Below are positions 34,209 through 47,202 of a stretch of DNA of 64,000 nucleotides, piece after piece. Within the stretch, counting starts at the first letter, position 1; every line of letters begins with the position of its first letter. Origin of the DNA: Macrostomum lignano (taxonomy: Eukaryota); contig NIVC01002471.1 in NCBI GenBank assembly GCA_002269645.1, forward strand, positions 1-64,000, given 5' to 3'. The position numbers and the translations under genes were made by a program. Under the pieces are notes generated by a model that saw only the letters and a program-made list of their open reading frames with translations, did not search any database and was not told where the DNA came from.

Positions 34209-37200
34209 ATGATAACCCGCGGCCGCAGCCCGATGAAGGGCTACCATGCGATGAGCGGTGCTGAGATGTCACCGCCAGGCGGACCACCGGACAGCGGACT
34301 CATCAGTGGGGGCGTTGGCGGAAGTGAAAGCAACGGAGGTGCTGCTGTCTCAGTGGCAACGAATGGAGTCGCTGAGCCCAGCAGCAGCGGCATCGGCGGT
34401 AGCAGGGGAAGCAGCCACCAGCGAAGCGGCAACGCGAACACAGGACAGCAGGAGGTGGTGGCTAAGTTTACAGAAGTGAGTATTACCTTTTCATAAAAAC
34501 TGAGCTCGCTGGGGAATGGGTGCAGATTCAACTCATTGTGCAGTGTCACTCAACACTTCTATTTGCTCTATAATTGCGTACCCTTGGCTCGAGCACCTGA
34601 CAGCGCACATTTGCAATTATTCGAAGCGCTCTCTATTCATTGTTATGTGCATTTTCGAACCTCCACTTCATGAGAGCGCAGAAGCGAGATGAAAATAGTG
34701 AACGGCGTAGACAAAAAGCTCAACATCTTTTAAGGGCCAAAAACCTTCTTCGATTCAAGCATAATAGTCGCTTTTTCGCTACAAATTTCGGTTTTTGCAC
34801 GAGCAGAGTAAGAAAGGACGAGAAAGGCATGGATGTCTTGTGCGCACACATAACAGCTTTTTATATGGCGCTTTAACTGTTAAAGACCAGAAAGAGAGAT
34901 GAGAATTTGAGGCCCGACTTTAGTTTGTGCCCTTACCCCAACATCCACACCGCACCGAAAACTTCAATCAACTCGACCCTGAGAAGAAAAAGACTAGGGT
35001 GCTTACAAGGGGGAGAGAAGGACAAATAGAGCCTCATAGCTAGACAGTGGATCCATGGCTTCGTCATCACACAAGTACAATTCGATGGAGAGATCGCCTC
35101 GACGCCAGTCCTCGCCGCCAGATTGGGGACACGTGTACTACGACAAATCACAGCAGCAACAACGGCCCAGGCGTTCTGCGTCACCACCGTCACCACGAAC
35201 AATTCGTGCTGCGGCTGTTAGCCGTGTAGACCAGGTTGTGAGTGCTTGTATTACTTTAGTGTCCGGCTGTCTGCAGTCGGCTTCGCAGTGTGTCAGGGAG
35301 CAGATTAAAATGTTAAACATCTCATAAAAAACAATTGTCTTGCAGAACACTAGGCATATTATGTCATATGCGTCATAAACAGTGCAGTCCATCAACTGTT
35401 CAATCCTTAATATTAAAAAAGAAATGGAAGACATTGTGAATCGGCACATAGGTCGCATACATATTCATACGTATTCAAATTTACATGGCTGCTGGCTGCA
35501 TACAAAAAGGATTTAATTTACAAGTAATCACATCGCTTTTTTCTTAGGCCAGTCACTTTTTCAAGGAGCAGCTCATGCCAGTGCGGCAACGGCAGGGTGT
35601 CAAGGATCAGCCGCTACTTTCCGCCAGTCAGGGCTCACTAAGGGATGTCAAAGCCATGGAGGCTGCAGCAGCTGCTGCCAGCACTGATGCAAGCTCTAAC
35701 AGAAACCTCCAACGACCCACAACAAGCCAGCATCCGACAAACGGCGGAGGCGGCACGGGAACTGCCGCTGTCTCATATAAGAAGTCCGATTCAGGAAACG
35801 ATGGCTTCGGTGCTGTGGTGCTGGAGCTTGATGCGCCGCCTTCCCACCTGCGCCAAGAGAAACAGACCGATGCCTGCTACAGTCGCGATATTTCTGCATC
35901 CAATGGCGACCTTAGCAACCCGCAGCCGGTGGTCTCAAAGCATTCTTCTCGATACAGACCGATGCAATACGGCGGAGGCGCCAATGGTGGCGGCAATTCT
36001 TTTGCAGCAGAAGTGGACACCAATTCTACGGGACGCCGCAGGACTTCTAGCACTAGAAGTGGCTCTGTGATTACTTTCAGAAACATCAGATACGAGGTCA
36101 TGGTTAAACGCTTTCCGTGGAGTAAAGCTGAGAAAAAAGTTGTACTAAATGGCATTAGGTAAGCCAAGTCCTATGTACTTTTCAAAACTCCCTGAAATGA
36201 AAATATCGATTTTCTCAAGTTGAGAAAAATGAACTACAATTAGACTAGTTGATGATTTGTAAAACTTTCAGTGGCATAATGCGCCCAGGGCTCAACGCTA
36301 TTATGGGCCCTACTGGCAGTGGCAAGAGCAGCCTGCTGGATGTGCTGGCAGGTCGCAAGGACCCGCAGTTTCTGCGCGGAGAGGTGCTCGTTGACGGGGC
36401 AGAGCAGCCGGATAATTTTAAGTGCATGTCTGGATACGTCGTTCAAGATGACATTGTGATGGGCACTCTCACTGTGCGCGAGAACCTCAGTTTCTCAGCC
36501 GCTCTCCGACTGCCGGGGAATACTTCGGCTCATGTGCGCAAGGAAAAGGTTGATAATCTCATCCAGGAGCTGGGACTGAGCAAGGTTTGTTTCGTTGGCC
36601 TGCTTATTTAATCATACCACATATATGCACCCGCTTAAGGGTTTACTTTTGTGTTCACCCAAGGCTCAGTGTACTTCTGAGCTGTATAAAAACATTAAGC
36701 ACTACGCAATTATATATGTTGCATTTGAATATTGCAATGGTTAATATGAGATTTAGGAAATAATCCACTCGTATTGTTGCATTGAAAGTAACTTTCATAT
36801 CTTTCATTTACTAACAATGTAGTTAATGGCATTAGTGGGACATGGTGATTAAGGTGGCCCTTTAAAATTACCTTGAAAGGTTGCGGACTCCAAAATCGGC
36901 ACTGAGTTAATTCGCGGTGTGTCTGGCGGAGAACGCAAGCGCACCAACATCGGCATGGAGCTGATCACAGACCCGCCAGTGCTGTTCCTGGACGAGCCGA
37001 CCACAGGATTGGACGCCTTCACGGCCGGCTCTGTCATTCGCACGCTGAAGATGCTGGCCAACTCCGGTCGAACAATCATTTTCTCCATTCACCAACCGAA
37101 ATACTCCATCTACCGGCTATTCGACAACCTCACGCTGGTCGTTGCAGGTTGCGTGGTCTACCACGGCAATGCTGGTGACAATCCACTGGATTACTTTGCC

Positions 37201-40159
37201 CGCATCGGTGAGCAGCTCGACTTTGCTTTTTTCAATATTTTTTTCTACACACAGGACTTACAGCGGCAGTCGTGACTGAAAATTCGTTACTGAAGCACTG
37301 AAAAACTGAGCTCGCGCTCAGGCCTAATGATAGACCGTTTTCAACCTTAAAATCATATTGTTTCATTACTATTTAGGCTTTCATTGCGAAGCACACAACA
37401 GCCCACCAGACTTCTTCATGGACATGGTTCACGGCGAAATAGTCTCAAGACAAGACAGCCGAGGTGATCTGGAAATACGTAAGCCTCTCTTTGTACTTCT
37501 GTAGTCTGTCTGTTTTTTTAAAAAATTGAGGCTTGTTTTGCTAGACTGGATTCAATTACAGAATATAATACACTGCAATTTGCAATGAAAAGTGGCTCAG
37601 AATTCTGTTTATGCTATGCTATTTACGGCATAGAGGCCCAAAGTGATGTCAATTATGTCGCTTCAATTCTTGAACTTTCATCCAACTGAAATCCACTTGA
37701 ATTAGGAGGAGGACTTATAGAGACTTATCGCGTTGTATTTGAATTCAAAAAGCTTTATTTTCTCATTTGTTTAAAATCTCAGTGGCCGACCGCGACAGCA
37801 TATTGGACACTGACGTGTTGAAGTCTCAGAGCGAGGCCATCAGCAATCGCCTCATTGAAGCCTGGCGCGAATCGGGCCTTTCCGACAGACTGGAGCAGCA
37901 GGTGGACGACATTTACCAGCGCTCACTGAACAGAGAGTGCGTTTCTACTGATGTCAAGGTCAAAAAGGTCCCTCGAGTGGAGTATCCGACCAGCGTCTGT
38001 AACCAGGTGTGACCACGGCACAACACTTCGGGTTCTGAATAGTTTTCTATGAGATATTTCTTAGAGTTAAAAATGAGGGCTCAAACCAAATTTAATGCAT
38101 TATTGTATGTAAGTCCATTTAGAATCTTAACGACCTGCATGGTGGTTCGGAATGACAAACGCCGTTCTTATCAATCCGGATACTGAATCATCTCAACTAT
38201 TTGTAGATCATCTGGGTGTCGTGGCGCACCGGCCTGAATCTGTTCCGCAATCCTCAAAGCTCCATCATCCAGCTCGTGGTTTACCTATTCTTTGGAATCA
38301 GCCTCGGCACCGTGTTCTTCAGCCTTGACACCTCGCTGGAGTCCGGCATTCAGAACCGCCAGGGTCTTTTCTTCTTTCTTCTCCTGCAATGGTCTTCGTC
38401 AACCTGGGCGCAGTGGAGGTGTTTATTAAGGAAAGAGTTATATTCATTCACGAGAGCTCATCCGGTTTCTACCGAATCTCCGTGTATTTCCTGGCGAAAA
38501 TATTCTGCGACATGCTGCCAATCAAGACCCTTCCTGTGCTGCTATTCATGCCTATTGTGTACTTCATGGCCAAGCTCAAGCTGACTGCCGGGGCATTCTT
38601 CTTCTATGAGCTGAACCTCGTACTCGCGACTTGCGGTGCCTGCGGTGTCGCCTTTTTCATATCGGCCTCCGTGTCCGTGTTCGGCATCGCCAACATCTTC
38701 ATCTCCATCATATACGTGTTTATGATGATCTTTGGCGGCTTCCTCATGAACATTGGTTCCATGGGCGACTGGTTATCCTGGTGCAAGTACCTTTCCTTGT
38801 TCAACTACGCTTTCTCTGCGCTATCCGTCAATGAGTTCGCTGGCATGGAGTTCTGCCCAACAACCGACGTAGCGAATGTGACCAGAACCTGGTGAGCTGG
38901 ACAAGTTCCATATCATTTGCACTGTGTGTTGGAGCCAAGTACAGCTACAGGACGCGACACTCACGTTTCATGGAAAAAGTTTTGAAGGCCCTTTTCGCCG
39001 TAAAATACACTACGGTGATAGGAAGTTCTCATTTTTTCAGCACAAAAATTGTTATTTCTTTTGATAGGAGGCAGACCCAATGTTCATCTTTTGGTATGTT
39101 GTGCCCTTCTTATACATGGTAGCTCTATTGATATTCATAAAGCTTTTTGTTTAGGAAATTAGGATTCTATGTTAATTCTTTATTCTACGAGCATTTCCTG
39201 TACCTAAAAAATCATAAAAATGCATGGCACAGGTTGACTCTGGTTTTATGAATCTATTTTACCCTCTTCTGTTGCACATATTGTTACACAGTCAGATAAG
39301 AATAACAAAATAGATTAGTAAAACCAATGCGCTGAGCCGTGCCATTTTAATGCTTTTTAGGCATTAGGAATGTGCAATTGTACGTAGAATAATAAATTAA
39401 CATAGAAGCCTAGTTTTTTAACGAAGAGCTGTATGAATATCAATAGAGCTATAAGAAGGGCACAACATATCAAAAGATGAACATTGGGTGTTCTTCCTAT
39501 AAAAAATAATAACAATTTTTGTGCTGAAAAATAAAAACTTCCTATCTCCGTAGTGTATTTTTCGTCGAAAAGTGGCCTTCAAACCATTTTCCATATAGAT
39601 TTCGAGTGTTGCGTCCTTCTACTTTAGTAGTCCTTGGTTGGAGCCAGGGTAGTGCGCTCTCAAATCGTTTAAAATTTGGAGGAAGCAGATTTTTCTGTTG
39701 GAAAAAAATGAATGGACGAAAGTCACTTTCTGAATTTTGATCCCACAGCTGACAGTTTCTTCTCATTTCTTGCATTTAGAGTAGCGAATGAGTTTATCGT
39801 GTCAAAGTTATAAAAATACTGTTGATAACCGGTGATCAGCTACATTAGATTGCAGAGAGCAGCACTATTCTACTTAAGTGTTTAAGTAGTGCTTTTAAGA
39901 TTTTATCTATAAATTAAAGTAGAATAGTAATTGTCATATTGAGCTAATATGTTTTTTAATTAGAAAAGTCCAGCTGTTCACGCATCAATATCTAATTTTC
40001 GATTGCAGCAAAGATGGCTACATGGTCTTGAGTGATCAGAAAATCGCCTACTCAACAGGGTGGGATCTGTGGAGCAATGTGCTGGGCATGCTTCTCATTA
40101 CTTTCTTCTTTCTGGGCCTCTGCTACGTTCAGCTGCGCCGCATCAACAAGTACAAGTAG
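34209..40159 (+). CDS. ABCG2: ABCG2-like ABC half-transporter. Exons: (34209-34475, ~35039-35237 uncertain), 35548-36158, 36272-36584, 36880-37207, 37377-37478, 37783-38006, 38207-38891, 40009-40159
   Basis: Walker A AIMGPTGSGKSSLLDVLAGRKDP; SGYVVQDD; signature VSGGERKRTNIGMELITDPPVLFLDEPTTGLD; H-loop IIFSIHQP; TMD ESGIQNRQGLFFF, ERVIFIHE..SGFYR..YFLAK; C-terminal GWDLWSN..G...FLGLCYVQL. One apparent 1-bp deletion at ~38388 (CAAATG to CAATG). Confidence 0.93.
38936..39636. mobile_element. 701-bp non-autonomous element with ~300-bp imperfect inverted arms in the last ABCG2 intron (P- or hAT-like)
   Basis: Starts CAAG and ends CTTG; perfect 8-bp TSD GTTGGAGC (38928-38935, 39637-39644); arms share GGACGCRACACTC...TTTGAAGGCC...AATACACTACGG.GATAGGAAG...GCACAAAAATTGTTATT in opposite orientation. 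Confidence 0.8.
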
Positions 40160-41550
40160 CAGCTGGCCGCAGTAAATGCTGAGCTGTGTTGAATCAGCTT
40201 CAATTTTGTAAAAAGTTTTCCCAGCGAACTAACTGCAACTTTTACAATATTTTTATTTGAAAACCGAATGCCTTCCAAAGCTGCAGATTCTCTATGTAGA
40301 ATCGGACTTCCACTTTTATCAACTAGCAAGCTCGTAGTAGAATATTTGTATTGTTCTGGCACTAGCCAAATGGACTAAAGTTGATTACTAGCTCGTAATT
40401 AGTTCAGTGACAGATAATAGAAATTTGGATTCGAAATTTGCACAGCTATCCAACTTTATTTATCCTCAATAACTTTGCCTGCTATATCGTTCTTTTCCTC
40501 TCGAATTTATGCGAATTGAATGATTGACTGTGATCCTCTGGACCAGAAAAAATTGGCTTGCGTGCTTCCTCTAAAAGTGCATCCTGTTTTTTACCTGTAC
40601 ACACGTTTTACATGAACTGCATGCCGCGTTCTCAGCTCCTTTTTGCACCTGCAGCGTCTTCTCTAATTCAAATCCTGCACCAGCGTTTTTCACTTTCACT
40701 GGGCATGAAAATTTTACTGCCCGTAGCACACAGTTCCAGCACAAATTTACCAAATAGTTATTCACGACAGCTGACTGAGTACAAACTTCTTTATAACCAG
40801 AGTGCCTAGCCATTCCAAGTAGATTTCCCAGCAGCGAATTTGGTGAGGCGCAAAACACAAAGGTAGGGGGTGAGAAGCAAGCACCCTTTATTCCCATTCC
40901 TAAATAGTACGGTGATGTCAACTTCAGAAAATGTACTACAGTTTTATACGATTACCTTCTGGTTACGAAGTAAAACTCTTCAAACAGGCTTCCTGAACAA
41001 TCTCGATTCAAAATTGCCTGGTGTAAATTATTTGTTTTATTTGTATCAAATCACTGCACTTGGTAAAATGATTCAAGAAGAAATTATTATAAGAAATTGG
41101 ATTCGCGTCGAAAAGGAGAATCGCTCATTACAATAGAGAATTTCTGCTCATTTTGCATTGTGCATTGTAATTTTTAATATTCTATACAATTTTGCGCCCT
41201 ATTGATTATGGTTGCACTTTAGTAGAATGGATTGCAGTAAAGAACTACATGTAAATAAAAGTTAAACAAAATCGAAACCAAATGACACGAGTAGAACTAG
41301 ATATAGGTGATATAGGTGATAAAAATAGAATTTAGGTTAATCCGTTCGCAGTCTGTTATAAGTTGCTCATTACCGCAGGCTGAACCAGTGACTCCTACTA
41401 TCAATTGTAAGCACTTTGGAACCCCGCCGCTTCACTCTTGGTCCGGGGCTCGGCGGCTGAGCAGCAGAAGGAAAGCCATGGCGGGCAGCCGCAGCAGCGA
41501 GTGCAGCTGAGTAGCCAGCAGCTGGCAGCAGCTCCTGGCCTGCCGCCGTC

Positions 41551-43286
41551 TCAGCGGTGCCTCCTCCGCAGTGCCGGCCGTCCCCAGCCTGACCAGCGGC
41601 CGTGATGGCGGACAGAATTTGCGGCGCAGAAGCTCGCACCGAGCCAGGCGGCGCTGAGCTGCTGCCCATCCAGCCACTGGCAGGTGCGCCGGCCGCATGC
41701 GTCAGGGACTTGGCGGCATTGGAAGAAGCGGCCCCTGAGCGTCTCGGCAAATGCCCGGCCTGCGGAAAGGCAGCGCAGGTGGTCGCAGCGGCATCCGCGG
41801 CAGCCGCCGCCACTGCTGCCGTTGCCGCCGAGACTGTCGCCCCGTCCGCCACCATCGGCATCGCAGCCGAAAATGGCAACCACGCAGAACAGAATGCTAG
41901 GCGAAGTGGCAGCGCAGCTTAAGTTCTCGAGCACCAGCTGATGCCAGCCAGCCAGAGCGGCGCAGCAGGCTTCCGCCGAGTCTCGGCAAGGATCGAAGGC
42001 AATGATCGCGCAGCTAAGGTCAATCATGTAGTTGGCCAGGAGGCCTCGGTACCTGATAGTGAATAGTTGTTGGGTTCATTTTGTTTCGTTTAAATTCTCG
42101 CAGAGTATAAACTACGACGTTCGGAATCTTGATGAAGACATCTGAATCTGGATGACTCTACCTGAGCTTGATGAAGACATCTGAATCTGGATGACTCTAT
42201 ACCTGAGCTGATGAAGACATCTGAATCTGGATGACTCTACCTGAGCTAGATGAAGACATCTGAATCTGGATGACTCTATACCTGAGCTTGATGAAGACAT
42301 CTGAATCTGGATGACTCTACCTGAGCTAGATGAAGACATCTGAATCTGGATGACTCTACCTGAGCTAGATGAAGACATCTGAATCTGGATGACTCTATAC
42401 CTGAGCTTGATGAAGACATCTGAATCTGGATGACTCTACCTGAGCTAGATGAAGACATCTGGATCTGGATGACTCTACCTGATCTAGATGAAGACATCTG
42501 AATCTGGATGACTCTACCTGAGCTAGATGAAGACATCTGAATCTGGATGACTCTATACCTGAGCTTGATGAAGACATCTGAATCTGGATGACTCTACCTG
42601 AGCTAGATGAAGACATCTGAATCTGGATGACTCTACTGAGCTAGATGAAGACATCTGAATCTGAATGACTCTATAACTGAGCTTGATGAAGACATCTGAA
42701 TCTGGATGACTCTACCTGAGCTAGATGAAGACATCTGAATCTGGATGACTCTATACCTGAGCTTGATGAAGACATCTGAATCTGGATGACTCTACCTGAG
42801 CTAGATGAGACATCTGAATCTGATGACTCTATACTGAGCTTGATGAAGACATCTGAATCTGGATGACTCTACCTGAGCTAGATGAAGACATCTGGATCTG
42901 GATGACTCTACCTGGGCTAGATAAAGACATCTGAATCTTTTTCTTCGAAGTAAAATAGCAGAATTGAGCAGCAGTTCTCACCTCTCCTTGCCTGAAGTAT
43001 CCCACACCTGCAGCATCACTGTGCTGCCTCCTTCCAACTCCATCTTAGCCAGGTTGAATGTCACACCGACAGTTCCCGCTTCCTGACTGTGGTCACCCGC
43101 CTCATCCGTGCCAGCGTCTTTCTCTCGATCGTCCTGGCCGCTCAGACCCGCCAGCGCGGTGTCCACAAGCCACGTCTTGCCGACGCCGCTGTCGCCAAGA
43201 ACGACGCTCTTAAAGGTCCAGCGACGCTTCATATCGGCGGTTTCCTTTGGGGTCTCTAATTTCTGTTCCCCAGATGCGCTATACAT
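41551..43286 (-). CDS. Atypical Rab-like small GTPase, copy 1 (exons 43286-42982 and 42052-41551; 3' frame differs from copy 2 by a 1-bp indel)
   Basis: FKSVVLGDSGVGKT (G1), TVGVTF (switch I), LQVWDTSGKER|YRGLLANY (G3), CAIIAFD; the phase-2 GT-AG intron contains the 39-bp array. Confidence 0.7.
42128..42937. repeat. 39/41-bp minisatellite, ~20 copies, in the Rab-like intron (copy 1)
   Basis: Unit ATGAAGACATCTGAATCTGGATGACTCTA(TA)CCTGAGCTWG. Confidence 0.95.
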
Positions 43287-43860
43287 GGCTTAGTTGCTCA
43301 TCTACGCCTAACTCTTCAGATTTTAAATTAAGCGAGGAACGAATTAACAAAAGCTGCACACTTATCAATGCAACTCTTATCGGCCCCGGCCCGGCTCCAA
43401 AGTTGTCTGTGGCATTTTTTCATCACATACGTTCAATCCAGCAACACCAACCAATATCATTTTATCTGCACCACGAAATCAGTATTCCATGCAGAGAATA
43501 TGGGGTTTTAACTTTTTAATATTACTTTTGTGGATTGCCATAGATGAAGGCTTGTGAGGCTGGGTTACTGGATTCGAGGGTTCAGTGCAGGCTGCTGGAA
43601 TGCCAGAAAGCGCCCTCTGCTGTAATTTCAGTGCTGTCCAACCGCTATAACGCTAGAATGGGGCAATTAGCGGCTGCATAAGCGGCTTCGCAGACCAATG
43701 GAAAATGAATGCTAATAACGGAGAGAAAACTGTCCGAAAAGATGCGCGCAGAAGAATAAAATGAAGGTGCGTACAAATCTGAGACACATCCAGGCAGATC
43801 AGCCAGGCCCATCGGCTCATAGGGCTCTATAGCGGAAAGTTATCGGAGGCGACTGTTACT

Positions 43861-45195
43861 ATGGACACGGAGCTACTAGCTGAGCGAGTCAACCGGGCCC
43901 TGCTGGTAGAGCCGCAGCGGCGGAACGAAGACGACATGCGGATGATCATGGCCTGGTTCAAAGACCTGTCCCGAGCAGAGGCGCAGCGGGGAAAAATGTG
44001 CGTGCTGGGAGAGCTGGAGGATAGTGAGTAGATGCTATTCGATGTTTTTTCTTCCTTGCGTGAAGGTAGCGGTGCTTCCTGTCTGGCTCTGATTTGGCGA
44101 TTCTTTGATCCCGTTGTTGGTTACAGGATTAAAATCTTGTTCTCTAGTATTGTAAAGTGCTATTCTGTTCGAGATATTTCAACCAAACGGAAGCACAGCT
44201 AGAAGTTCACAGACAACTTCTCATCACAATAAATTTACTTCAATCTCAGCGTAGAAAAATATTTCAGATGGAGAAGGACTTGAGTAGATAAAAAATGACG
44301 TCATTCCAACTGAACTGCTTCAACTCCTTTAGTCTCGTCTGTCGTTCACTGAAACAAGTTTTTTATTTATCTGTGAAGACTTGTTCAGAGGCCTTTTTAA
44401 TTTCTGAAGTACGACACAGAACGGAATAGACATCCTCTGACCACTGAGTTTTGCAACTGACAAAAAAGGAACTAGTCCATAAGGATTTTCGTCATTTCTC
44501 ATTTACAGACGTACTGAAGGAATTGGTCAAGTACTCAGTGCTAAAACTCAGACCCGAGGTAAACTGCTCATTCGTCAGGGCGAGAACGGTGACTTCATGT
44601 ACATCATCCTGTGGGCGAGTGCGAGGTCCGCGTGTCCTCTTCAGAAGGGCCAGCCTGCAAGGAGGGTGACGTCATTCACGGAGGAGCCAAAGAGTTCGGT
44701 GACGCACTAGGCGTATTGGTCGGCGTTGTCGGGCGTAAGTGCGTTTGACAAGCAGCGATATCAATTATTAACTATAGAGACTTTGCTCCCTTGATAGAAA
44801 TATATAAAAGCTGGTTAAATACTCATTAAGCCGTTTTAATTCTTACTTTCTATTCACTTATTTTGTGCATTTCTGCATCTCATTCAGAAGGGGCCGTCAT
44901 TGGAGAAGTCGCCCTCCTACGCAAGGTGGTGCGAACTGCAAATGTAATTGTCAGCTCGGACTCGTGCACCATGATCCGGATATCCAGGTCATTGTATCAG
45001 CGAACCCTGGAGAGCTCGTTAGAAAAGCTTGAGCAGGAGCGAGAATCATTTGCCAGTAGCTTTCACTTGGTGAGCAATTTCAATCCGAAGCTGAAGCAGC
45101 AGTTCATCCGAGCCCTGATGAAGCAGAAGTACAACAATAGTGACATTATTGTGCGTCAGGGTGACAAAATCGAGGACGTCTATTTCATTGTCAGG
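43861..45195 (+). CDS. 5' part (3 exons) of the cyclic-nucleotide-binding-domain gene, copy 1, cut by the gap
   Basis: Same exons as 49640-50978; exon 1 reads through to the donor here, while exon 2 carries two deletions. Confidence 0.65.
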
Positions 45196-47202
45196 TAAAG
45201 CCGATTAAGCTGTCATTTCTTGTCTCGTAGCCTGCACCCTAAGCCAGGATAGCTTTAATATAAGCTATAATTTTCCGAAGTTAAAGGGGGCAGAAAATTA
45301 TGTGTTTCTGACCGGACAATAAATCACTTATGGCNNNNNNNNNNNNNNNNNNNNNNNNNNNNNNNNNNNNTAGATTTCGAGTGTTGCGTCCTTCTACTTT
45401 AGTAGTCCTTGGTTGGAGCCAGGGTAGTGCGCTCTCAAATCGTTTAAAATTTGGAGAAGCAGATTTTTCTGTTGGAAAAAATGAATGGACGAAAGTCACT
45501 TTCTGAATTTTGATCCCACAGCTGACAGTTTCTTCTCATTTCTTGCATTTAGAGTAGCGAATGAGTTTATCGTGTCAAAGTTATAAAAATACTGTTGATA
45601 ACCGTGATCAGCTACATTAGATTGCAGAGAGCAGCACTATTCTACTTAAGTGTTTAAGTAGTGCTTTTAAGATTTTATCTATAAATTAAAGTAGAATAGT
45701 AATTGTCATATTGAGCTAATATGTTTTTTAATTAGAAAAGTCCAGCTGTTCACGCATCAATATCTAATTTTCGATTGCAGCAAAGACGGCTACATGGTCT
45801 TGAGTGATCAGAAAATCGCCTACTCAACAGGGTGGGATCTGTGGAGCAATGTGCTGGGCATGCTTCTCATTACTTTCTTCTTTCTGGGCCTCTGCTACGT
45901 TCAGCTGCGCCGCATCAACAAGTACAAGTAGCAGCTGGCCGCAGTAAATGCTGAGCTGTGTTGAATCAGCTTCAATTTTGTAAAAAGTTTTCCCAGCGAA
46001 CTAACTGCAACTTTTACAATATTTTTATTTGAAAACCGAATGCCTTCCAAAGCTGCAGATTCTCTATGTAGAATCGGACTTCCACTTTTATCAACTAGCA
46101 AGCTCGTAGTAGAATATTTGTATTGTTCTGGCACTAGCCAAATGGACTAAAGTTGATTACTAGCTCGTAATTAGTTCAGTGACAGATAATAGAAATTTGG
46201 ATTCGAAATTTGCACAGCTATCCAACTTTATTTATCCTCAATAACTTTGCCTGCTATATCGTTCTTTTCCTCTCGAATTTATGCGAATTGAATGATTGAC
46301 TGTGATCCTCTGGACCAGAAAAAATTGGCTTGCGTGCTTCCTCTAAAAGTGCATCCTGTTTTTTACCTGTACACACGTTTTACATGAACTGCATGCCGCG
46401 TTCTCAGCTCCTTTTTGCACCTGCAGCGTCTTCTCTAATTCAAATCCTGCACCAGCGTTTTTCACTTTCACTGGGCATGAAAATTTTACTGCCCGTAGCA
46501 CACAGTTCCAGCACAAATTTACCAAATAGTTATTCACGACAGCTGACTGAGTACAAACTTCTTTATAACCAGAGTGCCTAGCCATTCAAGTAGATTTCCC
46601 AGCAGCGAATTTGGTGAGGCGCAAAACACAAAGGTAGGGGGTGAGAAGCAAGCACCCTTTATTCCCATTCCTAAATAGTACGGTGATGTCAACTTCAGAA
46701 AATGTACTACAGTTTTATACGATTACCTTCTGGTTACGAAGTAAAACTCTTCAAACAGGCTTCCTGAACAATCTCGATTCAAAATTGCCTGGTGTAAATT
46801 ATTTGTTTTATTTGTATCCAAACCACTGCACTTGGTAAAATGATTCAAGAAGAAATTATTATAAGAAATTGGATTCGCGTCGAAAAGGAGAATCGCTCAT
46901 TACAATAGAGAATTTCTGCTCATTTTGCATTGTGCATTGTAATTTTTAATATTCTATACAATTTTGCGCCCTATTGATTATGGTTGCACTTTAGTAGAAT
47001 GAATTGCAGTAAAGAACTACATGTAAATAAAAGTTAAACAAAATCGAAACCAAATGACACGAGTAGAACTAGATATAGGTGATATAGGTGATAAAAATAG
47101 AATTTAGGTTAATCCGTTCGCAGTCTGTTATAAGTTGCTCATTACCGCAGGCTGAACCAGTGACTCCTACTATCAATTGTAAGCACTTTGGAACCCGCCG
47201 CT

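Noticed and set aside
41316-41941. Plus-strand Ala/Arg-rich ORFs (also 14423-14680, 2363-2855, 47188-47713)
   Set aside because: Antisense shadows of GC-rich exons of the Rab-like, hnRNP L and VPS33B genes.
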